A stretch of DNA of 34,593 nt from positions 1 to 34,593 of IMG/VR virus record IMGVR_UViG_3300030110_004897. One strand, given 5' to 3'. Below the pieces are notes generated by a model. The model was given only the letters and a program-made list of their open reading frames with translations. It searched no databases and was not told the origin of the DNA. Within the stretch, counting starts at the first letter, position 1, and every line of letters begins with the position of its first letter. Below are positions 28,247 through 34,576 of this stretch, in pieces. Source of the DNA: a virus (Duplodnaviria; Caudoviricetes). A program made the position numbers and the translations under genes.

Positions 28247-29234
28247 AAATATAATTATTAGATTTTTTGTCAAAAAGAGAATTACTTTGATGATACCTTT
28301 GGTGTAGCTGTTTGTATTTATCAACAGCCAACTCTTTGTGTTTAGCCTCAATCATTATGTCCACATCATTTCCATATGTGTTGATATAATCGTAAACATA
28401 ATCAGAGTGAGCTTGTGGTTTAATCGATTCATCCATTTGTTCTTTACTTCTACTTTCGGAATAGTGAACTACTGGCACAATATCTTTTGGCCAGGTAGAC
28501 ATAGCTAGTTCCAAAGCCTCTTGCTCTGTAAGCCCACCATCACAGAATCTATGGTGGTGATAATCAAATACAATCGGTATACCGATTCGTTTATATATTC
28601 CATCATATAACTCCTGAACCGAATACATAGAAGCCTTATCATCGTTCTCTACGGTTAGGCGCGTTTGAGCCGATTCGGGTAGTTGTTCAAAATTTTTACA
28701 GAACCTCTCCATAGCAGATTCCTTATCTCCATAAGCTCCACCCAAGTGGATGTTAATTTTATTATAAGGTGTACGACTCAATCCCATCATATCAAATACA
28801 TCAGCGTGGTCAGTTAAATCTCCTATACAATTCTTAACAACGTGTTCGTGTGGTGAGGTCAAAACATTGAAAGGGCCTGGATGGCTGGTGATACGAACAT
28901 CATGCGTTTCAGCTTTAATACCTACTGAATGAAGATACCATCGAATATCCTCTATGTCTTTAAGGTCATCCCAACTATATTCAGATTTCCACGGAGCTAA
29001 ACCGCTCGTTATCCTAAAAAAGTTATAACCATACATAACGTTGTAATCTATAATAGTATCTAAATCTTTTACATTTAATAATGTGAGCTCTGAAGCATAA
29101 TCCAAACCTTTGGTTTCAAAAGTTCTCTTAATCATACTACGGCCAGTTGTTATTGGCTTTACTCCCTTTTCTTTCCCACCATATTTTTGTGGGTAAGACA
29201 ATCGCATGTTGATACATGCATAACCATATCTCAT
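28239..29234 (-). CDS. uvsE: UV DNA damage endonuclease
   Basis: GYACIN, FFRI.S, SHPGPFNVL, INIHLGG, LTVENDD, FDYHHH, HYSES, AHSDY, MIEAKHKE. Confidence 0.93.
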   Translation of the reverse strand: MRYGYACINMRLSYPQKYGGKEKGVKPITTGRSMIKRTFETKGLDYASELTLLNVKDLDTIIDYNVMYGYNFFRITSGLAPWKSEYSWDDLKDIEDIRWYLHSVGIKAETHDVRITSHPGPFNVLTSPHEHVVKNCIGDLTDHADVFDMMGLSRTPYNKINIHLGGAYGDKESAMERFCKNFEQLPESAQTRLTVENDDKASMYSVQELYDGIYKRIGIPIVFDYHHHRFCDGGLTEQEALELAMSTWPKDIVPVVHYSESRSKEQMDESIKPQAHSDYVYDYINTYGNDVDIMIEAKHKELAVDKYKQLHQRYHQSNSLFDKKSNNYIYG

Positions 29235-29244
29235 TTATAACCTC

Positions 29245-29988
29245 TTATTTATTATTACTTAAATTTATTAGATGTTCATCTTCGTAAGTTTTTAAAATCC
29301 TTTTTACTAATGGATGTCTAACCGAATCCTCTCTATCAAATTCCATATGGTTCACACCCTCAACACCTTTGAGTCTAAACCATGCATCATAGAATCCACT
29401 CTTCTCATAGTTTGTCACACCATTAGTTTTGTATTTATCACATTGAGATAAATCACCTTGCATTATCATTTTACAATTATTAGATATTCTGGTCATCAAA
29501 GTTTTAATTTGCATTGGTGATACGTTTTGCGCCTCATCTAATATCACATAACAATTTTCTAAGTTGACCCCACGTAAAAAATTTAAAACACTAATCTCAA
29601 CTTTGTTATCAGCTAACAATTTTGTAGCCTTATCCTTACCAACTATCTTATCTAAAATGGTAAATGTTGATTCGTTATATTGTTGAATCTTTTTATCTAA
29701 CTCGCCAGGTAGATAACCTAACTTATCCTCATTACCAACGTCCACAGTTGGATTTATTATTATCAATTTGTCATAGCCAGTTCCACGACGTAAAACATCC
29801 TGTAACGCTTTGTAAACTGAAACATAGGTTTTACCTGTTCCAGCTATTCCGTGACATAATACCAATTGAGTTTGCTCCTCACTTATTATGTCATAAAATA
29901 TTTTTTGATTACGTGTCTTAAAACTTATGTTGTTTACAATCTTTGGAATAGCTCCAATTGATGACTTATAAATTCTTTTCTTCGTCAT
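29245..29988 (-). CDS. phoH: PhoH family ATPase
   Basis: GIAGTGKT, LGYLPG, FLRG, ILDEAQN, MTRI, GDLSQCD, VRHPLV. Confidence 0.93.
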   Translation of the reverse strand: MTKKRIYKSSIGAIPKIVNNISFKTRNQKIFYDIISEEQTQLVLCHGIAGTGKTYVSVYKALQDVLRRGTGYDKLIIINPTVDVGNEDKLGYLPGELDKKIQQYNESTFTILDKIVGKDKATKLLADNKVEISVLNFLRGVNLENCYVILDEAQNVSPMQIKTLMTRISNNCKMIMQGDLSQCDKYKTNGVTNYEKSGFYDAWFRLKGVEGVNHMEFDREDSVRHPLVKRILKTYEDEHLINLSNNK

Positions 29989-30172
29989 CCTCTTCCCCCT
30001 TTTCTATCGGTGGTATGTAATATGGTGGTGTCGTATCTATTGTGTCCTTTACGGTTTCTGTTCTGATACCAATACTTTCCTCAAACTTATTTATGGTCGG
30101 TTCTAAGGTTCCGTTATGGTCAGCAATAAGTATGACAATACCTAAAATACAATGAAAATAAAACCAGTTCAT
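29966..30172 (-). CDS. Small membrane-anchored protein
   Basis: 68 aa, hydrophobic N-terminus. Confidence 0.6.
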   Translation of the reverse strand: MNWFYFHCILGIVILIADHNGTLEPTINKFEESIGIRTETVKDTIDTTPPYYIPPIEKGEEDDEEKNL

Positions 30173-30312
30173 CTATTCATCAAATTATGTAGTTCGTTCC
30201 AAGCATCCATAGCCTGTGAGAATCCAATTAATACATATAATATAAGACCACCTGCTATGAGGGTTAATATTATCTCAACAATTTCAAACGCCATTTCTAC
30301 TTTACTCTTCAT
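30169..30312 (-). CDS. Small single-TM protein (47 aa, MKSKVEMAFEIVEIILTL...)
   Basis: Read manually; ATGA overlaps at both ends, SD GAGGAG. Confidence 0.6.
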   Translation of the reverse strand: MKSKVEMAFEIVEIILTLIAGGLILYVLIGFSQAMDAWNELHNLMNR

Positions 30313-30518
30313 CTACACTCCTCACAAAAATATTTGATTATGCATTTTCTGTCACCCTTTAAATCCTCACGCTTTATTTTATTCTTACCCTTTTGATAAG
30401 GTGGTATATTTTTGTAATCAAAATAAGTTGGAACTATAGTTTTTGTTAAAGATACCTCCCTTATTTTTCCACAGCTGCTACACTTTTTTCTTTTAGGAGT
30501 TTTCTTTTTTCTTTTCAT
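30309..30518 (-). CDS. Small basic zinc-finger-like protein
   Basis: CSSC and CEEC pairs, Lys/Arg-rich. Confidence 0.6.
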   Translation of the reverse strand: MKRKKKTPKRKKCSSCGKIREVSLTKTIVPTYFDYKNIPPYQKGKNKIKREDLKGDRKCIIKYFCEECR

Positions 30519-30547
30519 TCTACGTTTACTTTCTGATTATTTAATCT

Positions 30548-30586
30548 AATATAAAAAAATTTATTATTAAAGTCAAGCCTTTTTTT
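30548..30586 (-). promoter_or_regulatory. Early-type sigma70 promoter cassette
   Basis: A-tract-GGC-TTGACT (30571-30576), 17-nt spacer, TATATT (30548-30553). Confidence 0.8.
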
Positions 30587-30803
30587 AATCTCTTCGTGTC
30601 CACGGATTCATATTGTTATTAATTCTTCTACGAACTATTCTGTGACGCCAGTATCCCAAAGCCCAATTAAATAATAATAAAAAAGCTATCATCATTTTTA
30701 GGATGTCCTCATCTCTGATTGACATAAAAGCAAATATTGATGCGGTCATCAATTGAATATAAAACTGAGTCAGATTAATTTTCTTTAGTTTGTTTTTTTG
30801 CAT
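30585..30803 (-). CDS. Small two-TM membrane protein
   Basis: 72 aa, SD AAGGA. Confidence 0.6.
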   Translation of the reverse strand: MQKNKLKKINLTQFYIQLMTASIFAFMSIRDEDILKMMIAFLLLFNWALGYWRHRIVRRRINNNMNPWTRRD

Positions 30804-30811
30804 GTTTCCTT

Positions 30812-30949
30812 TCAGACCGAATTCGGTGGTCTATGTTTTCTACCGAACTCACCATTATCCCTAATCTTAGCTAAATGCCTACCATACCAAATACCAAATA
30901 TTCTCAACATCACGTTATGAAAAAACCAGAGTGTGATTCGTTCTCTCAT
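30812..30949 (-). CDS. Small hypothetical protein (45 aa, MRERITLWFF...)
   Basis: Read manually; ATGA overlap with the upstream stop. Confidence 0.45.
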   Translation of the reverse strand: MRERITLWFFHNVMLRIFGIWYGRHLAKIRDNGEFGRKHRPPNSV

Positions 30950-31257
30950 AGTTGTAAGTCTTGTAAATGTTTTGGTACGTTTTGTTGTATGTAGTGTTGT
31001 ATGACAAACGCCTCAATAAAATGCGTCATCAGAAAAAACAAACTAAGTAATGGTATAAAAATTTTAAAGTTGAGTCCAAATGTCTCTATACCCAAATACA
31101 TTATTACAACCATACCCATACTTTTGGTAAAGAATCCAGCACCGCTGAAAGCTAAACTCATAACGCTTCCTCTTGCGACACAAACATATATGTTGATGCA
31201 CATATGTAAAAGATTTAAAAATATAGGTGCTAAGACACCTAATAAAAAATACATCAT
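30946..31257 (-). CDS. Multi-TM membrane protein
   Basis: 103 aa, three hydrophobic segments. Confidence 0.65.
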   Translation of the reverse strand: MMYFLLGVLAPIFLNLLHMCINIYVCVARGSVMSLAFSGAGFFTKSMGMVVIMYLGIETFGLNFKIFIPLLSLFFLMTHFIEAFVIQHYIQQNVPKHLQDLQL

Positions 31258-31655
31258 TGATTGCTCTCTTGTCTAAGATATTCTTGTAAAACTTTATCTC
31301 TTGGTTTTATGTTTAAATTACTATTTTGAAATATATCCCACGAGTCTTTAGCGTATTGTCCTATACCATATAACTCATCCACAGATTTAAAACCTTTGAC
31401 GTAACCCTCACTCATCTTTATCAAACGGTCAGCTCTCGTGTTGTACAATCCCAATGGTTTAATTATATCCACCAACTCCGAATGTTCTGCGTTCATCATA
31501 TATTGAGGTGTTGGATACCTATTGAATAATTTATCCCTTATGGTGTCCACCTGTTTTCTATTGGTTACGTTAACCAACATACAACAGACCAACATCTTCC
31601 AACCATCGTCTCTATATATCTCTTGTAATAAGGGTCGTATTATTTCTCTAATCAT
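31254..31655 (-). CDS. HhH-GPD DNA glycosylase, MBD4-like
   Basis: WKMLVCCMLVN.T, YPTP, PLGLYN.RA, LYGIGQYA.DSW.IF, P.DK.L. Confidence 0.85.
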   Translation of the reverse strand: MIREIIRPLLQEIYRDDGWKMLVCCMLVNVTNRKQVDTIRDKLFNRYPTPQYMMNAEHSELVDIIKPLGLYNTRADRLIKMSEGYVKGFKSVDELYGIGQYAKDSWDIFQNSNLNIKPRDKVLQEYLRQESNQ

Positions 31656-31726
31656 TTGTTCTTCATTAAATTATATACTGCTCCAATTAAACAAAGTATA
31701 GCAGCAAGCATTAAAAAATATATCAT
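31652..31726 (-). CDS. Micro membrane peptide (24 aa, MIYFLMLAAILCLIGAVYNLMKNK)
   Basis: Read manually; ATGA overlaps at both ends. Confidence 0.5.
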   Translation of the reverse strand: MIYFLMLAAILCLIGAVYNLMKNK

Positions 31727-31953
31727 TGTTTTCTAAGTCCTACGTTGTTTAGTAAATCATCTAAAGTTAAGTTATGACCATCACCATCCCTGCCTTCGTG
31801 AAAGTCATCGGCAAAGTGTTTGAGGTCTAAGTTGAATCCGTTCAAATCCAAAGAACCCTTGGGTATGGTGGTCAACATTCTAACATATGCCCCCAACTCC
31901 TCATCGTCGTCAAAGTGGTCGGACATAATCTTAAAGGCTTCCATTATGGTCAT
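31723..31953 (-). CDS. Hypothetical acidic protein
   Basis: 76-aa ORF, SD GAGGAG. Confidence 0.65.
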   Translation of the reverse strand: MTIMEAFKIMSDHFDDDEELGAYVRMLTTIPKGSLDLNGFNLDLKHFADDFHEGRDGDGHNLTLDDLLNNVGLRKQ

Positions 31954-32291
31954 TGTAACTCCTCTGGATATCCCTCTGGATATTTTATTATTTCTATTTT
32001 GTTTCCGCTGGGGTCGGTCGTATAATAACTCTCAGTACCATCGTGATGTTTTGTGGTCTCCTTACTATCCAACATATCAACGGCAAATGCTATGTGATAT
32101 GGATGTGATTCGCCTGAGACCAAAGCCAGTTTAATGTTATCGAATTGCAAAAAGGCCCAATCGTGTTTTAAATCAAATGGTGTGTATTTATTCTTTCTAC
32201 CCCAATATATAAGCTTGGCTCCATAACCCTTATAATAATCTATTGATTCCTTTATGTCGTCAACCTGAATCGCTACGTGGTCAATCTCCAT
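31950..32291 (-). CDS. VOC/glyoxalase family protein
   Basis: IDHVAIQV.D...SIDYY, HIAFAV, Y..DPSGNKIEI. Confidence 0.88.
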   Translation of the reverse strand: MEIDHVAIQVDDIKESIDYYKGYGAKLIYWGRKNKYTPFDLKHDWAFLQFDNIKLALVSGESHPYHIAFAVDMLDSKETTKHHDGTESYYTTDPSGNKIEIIKYPEGYPEELQ

Positions 32292-32388
32292 TTTTATAAC
32301 TCCTAACTGATTTGATGTATTTGTAAATGACGTAAAGACCGACGGCTATGAACATCCAACCATCGCCTATAATTAATCTGTAATCCAT
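32281..32388 (-). CDS. Micro membrane peptide (35 aa, MDYRLIIGDGWMFIAVGLYVIYKY...)
   Basis: Read manually; abuts the upstream stop. Confidence 0.45.
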   Translation of the reverse strand: MDYRLIIGDGWMFIAVGLYVIYKYIKSVRSYKNGD

Positions 32389-32682
32389 TTAATAACGCTT
32401 AGAAGATTTGTACATAGTTATATCAGCGATTAAATGTTCGTTACCATCGGTATCCATAAATGTTGTGGGTAGGTCTTCCTCATTGTATTTGGAGAACTTC
32501 CCGTGTGAAATCATAGATGCGGTGCCGGGTTCTATCAATGGTGGTAAATTGGATAAATCGCATTCATCCCATTGTACCAGAACATCGTTGACCTCACATA
32601 TGGGTTTGGATTGATTAAATTTATATAGGTTAAGATAGATGAATTTCAAAGCAGTGATTCCTTGTAAAGGGTTCTCAACCAT
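32389..32682 (-). CDS. Hypothetical protein (true start uncertain)
   Basis: 97-aa ORF overlapping the upstream small ORF. Confidence 0.5.
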   Translation of the reverse strand: MVENPLQGITALKFIYLNLYKFNQSKPICEVNDVLVQWDECDLSNLPPLIEPGTASMISHGKFSKYNEEDLPTTFMDTDGNEHLIADITMYKSSKRY

Positions 32683-32777
32683 AACGCTATTTCTATTTGA
32701 GCGTCATCGATGTTGCCGTCGTTTAAAAGCTGGTCGATGTTCTCCAATAGCTCTATTATTTGTTTTTTGTCTATCAT
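32646..32777 (-). CDS. Small helical protein (43 aa, MIDKKQIIELLENIDQLL...)
   Basis: Read manually; SD AAGGT. Confidence 0.55.
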   Translation of the reverse strand: MIDKKQIIELLENIDQLLNDGNIDDAQIEIALWLRTLYKESLL

Positions 32778-32944
32778 AAATGATACCTTAGTTTATTAAT
32801 TCTTATAGGGGCAAAAATGACACCTCGATGAAAATAGGTCTGAGCGGTCTGTCATTTTGTCATATCGCTTGGGTTAACGACTAATTAGTGCAGGTAGCCA
32901 TTATATCCAGTTATCCGACACAATGTCAGATTCTCCAGTTATCA

Positions 32945-33154
32945 TCAGCTGAACCCAACCACAACCCCTTTGTCGTCGCCTGTGCGTTCGTATCCCTCCC
33001 ACATAGCGGTTAACATCATTTGCATCTCACCTTCGCTGTAATCCTTCGTCCAGAACTCTCCTGTACGCACCTCACTTATCTTTCTACCCACCCTCTTAAT
33101 CAGGTAGTCCGCCTGTTGTGCGTTGGTCAATTCCTCAAAGTCATCTGTGTCCAT
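32945..33154 (-). CDS. Hypothetical acidic protein
   Basis: 69-aa ORF, SD GGAG. Confidence 0.65.
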   Translation of the reverse strand: MDTDDFEELTNAQQADYLIKRVGRKISEVRTGEFWTKDYSEGEMQMMLTAMWEGYERTGDDKGVVVGFS

Positions 33155-33295
33155 TGTATTTCTCCAGTTATTAGCGCTGATTATTTTTTAGCTCACCGCT
33201 TAAATTTACGAAGCGAATCCTGACTATTGAATAGAACAGTGATGTCATCACATCCTATTCGCTTCGACCTAAGGCGCCTCTCAGGTCAGTTATTG

Positions 33296-33367
33296 AGCGG
33301 TGTTAGAGAATCGAACTCCACCCTCTTCTATGGAATAGAAGCGTATCACCCTTGATACTTCCACCGC
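33296..33367 (-). tRNA. tRNA-Gly(UCC), atypical
   Basis: G1-C72, C2-G71, U73; anticodon arm CTTCT-ATTCCAT-AGAAG; TGGAG-TTCGATT-CTCTA T arm; deviations are G7.A66, A8 and A32. Confidence 0.7.
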
Positions 33368-33508
33368 AAATCAAAAATGTCCCACCCGCCTATTTCAGTA
33401 CTCTGAATTAAAATGAAAAGTCTGAAATGTCCTCGTTTTCAATTAGAGAAGAAAACTACAAAACCACTCACGATCAAATCTTTATTTATCAATCAAATAT
33501 CATACATA

Positions 33509-33548
33509 AATATACGACATTATTTTGTTAATGTCAAGCCTTTTTTTT
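33509..33548 (-). promoter_or_regulatory. Early-type sigma70 promoter cassette
   Basis: TTGACA (33532-33537), 17-nt spacer, TATATT (33509-33514). Confidence 0.85.
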
Positions 33549-33556
33549 AATTTTTT

Positions 33557-33638
33557 TGGGCGCCTGGTGGGAATCGAACCCAACGTTGTAACCTCCGGAG
33601 TTACACCACTCTCGGTCTTAAGACCGCTTTTCAGACAC
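33557..33638 (-). ncRNA. tRNA-like RNA (acceptor stem, T arm and CCA; non-canonical D and anticodon arms)
   Basis: GTGTCTG/CAGGCGC stem then CCA; TGGG-TTCGATT-CCCA; internal hairpins CGGTC-TTAA-GACCG and TGTAAC-TCCGGAG-GTTACA; dedicated promoter. Confidence 0.55.
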
Positions 33639-33664
33639 ACTAAGTCTTATTTATCTTACACCTT

Positions 33665-33703
33665 AATATACGAAATAAATCAATACGAGTCAAGCCTTTT
33701 TTT
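33665..33703 (-). promoter_or_regulatory. Early-type sigma70 promoter cassette
   Basis: TTGACT (33688-33693), 17-nt spacer, TATATT (33665-33670). Confidence 0.85.
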
Positions 33704-33908
33704 AATTATTTTCAATATAATGTATATCGACCATCTCTTCCAACTGAGCTATCTCATTCTGACCGCCGGTGAACGCTTCCTCTTTAGATTCTTTTAACAT
33801 CGACCTCATCACATCCTCAGCCTCAAGACAACCGAACAATTCGTATCGCCTGAATATGGTCATTTCCTTAACCTCACTATAGGTATATTTACCGACGTTT
33901 GGATTCAT
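33702..33908 (-). CDS. Hypothetical acidic early protein
   Basis: 68-aa ORF, SD GGAGG. Confidence 0.7.
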   Translation of the reverse strand: MNPNVGKYTYSEVKEMTIFRRYELFGCLEAEDVMRSMLKESKEEAFTGGQNEIAQLEEMVDIHYIENN

Positions 33909-34060
33909 TAAGCGCCTCCGTATACCATATAACTGGCCACAGTCTCACTAACAAATTCTTCTTCAGCCTCTTCCATAGCCGCTTCTCTAGCTTGTCTTCC
34001 CATCTCTCTCACCCTTTTATCACCCTCTTCTAATAATTTCATATATTCTTCGTAGGTCAC
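33908..34060 (-). CDS. Small acidic protein (50 aa, MTYEEYMKLLEEG...)
   Basis: Read manually; GTG start in a GTGA overlap, TAATG coupling downstream. Confidence 0.55.
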   Translation of the reverse strand: MTYEEYMKLLEEGDKRVREMGRQAREAAMEEAEEEFVSETVASYMVYGGA

Positions 34061-34137
34061 TTCGTTCCCTTTCTTTTCTCTTCTCTTATCTTCCTATAAT
34101 AATCATCTAATCTTTTTATATGTTCTTCGTAGGTCAT
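34057..34137 (-). CDS. Micro-ORF (26 aa, MTYEEHIKRLDDYYRK...)
   Basis: Read manually; shares a 14-nt start repeat with the next ORF. Confidence 0.4.
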   Translation of the reverse strand: MTYEEHIKRLDDYYRKIREEKRKGTK

Positions 34138-34169
34138 ATCTAATAGTAATATATTTTGTTCGTTTGTCA

Positions 34170-34364
34170 TTATAAAGCCTCAGGCACTACGTCGGTTACC
34201 AAATTTGTGTAATCGCTCAACTCCTGATAATCAAATTCATCACCCTCTAACATCATATCAGCCATAGCCTGTTCCCTAGCCATACTCTCAGCCTCACCGC
34301 CAAAGTGTTCGTTTAACGCATTTTCCATCTGTTCCACTTCTGCGTCGGTCATATATTTAGCCAT
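34170..34364 (-). CDS. Hypothetical acidic early protein
   Basis: 64-aa ORF, SD AAGGA, first gene after a promoter. Confidence 0.7.
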   Translation of the reverse strand: MAKYMTDAEVEQMENALNEHFGGEAESMAREQAMADMMLEGDEFDYQELSDYTNLVTDVVPEAL

Positions 34365-34403
34365 TTTCTATTCCTTTGTTATTTATCTCATTTCTCATAC
34401 CTA

Positions 34404-34443
34404 AATATAAGGATAAAATGGTATGCTTGTCAAGCCTTTTTTT
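34404..34443 (-). promoter_or_regulatory. Early-type sigma70 promoter cassette
   Basis: TTGACA (34428-34433), 18-nt spacer, TATATT (34404-34409). Confidence 0.85.
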
Positions 34444-34537
34444 CATTTTTTTTCAAAAAAATACCTTAATATACGACCTACAATACTCAGCCACAACCGA
34501 TTTGTTGATTTGTGCGGCCCTGCGGCGCGCCTTTTTC

Positions 34538-34576
34538 AAAAAAAAGCTTGACTTTTAGCCCAAAATGTCGTAAATT
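34538..34576 (+). promoter_or_regulatory. Divergent early-type promoter cassette (plus strand)
   Basis: A8-GC-TTGACT (34548-34553), 17-nt spacer, TAAATT (34571-34576). Confidence 0.75.

Noticed and set aside
32814-32858. Hammerhead ribozyme
   Set aside because: No CUGANGA/GAAA core in the correct arrangement on either strand
137-34364. Stop-codon reassignment or selenocysteine recoding
   Set aside because: Genes are intact and tightly packed under code 11, TAA, TAG and TGA all end genes, the glutaredoxin has a normal CPGC, and no suppressor tRNA is seen
98-34558. Other plus-strand ORFs in the track and nested minus ORFs 16418-16693 and 27383-27571
   Set aside because: They are shadows of well-supported genes or promoter regions, with no SD or recognisable motifs
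17525-34576. CRISPR array from the recurring GTCAAGC-T-tract repeats
   Set aside because: Copies are dispersed, separated by genes and match promoter architecture; there are no regular spacers or cas genes
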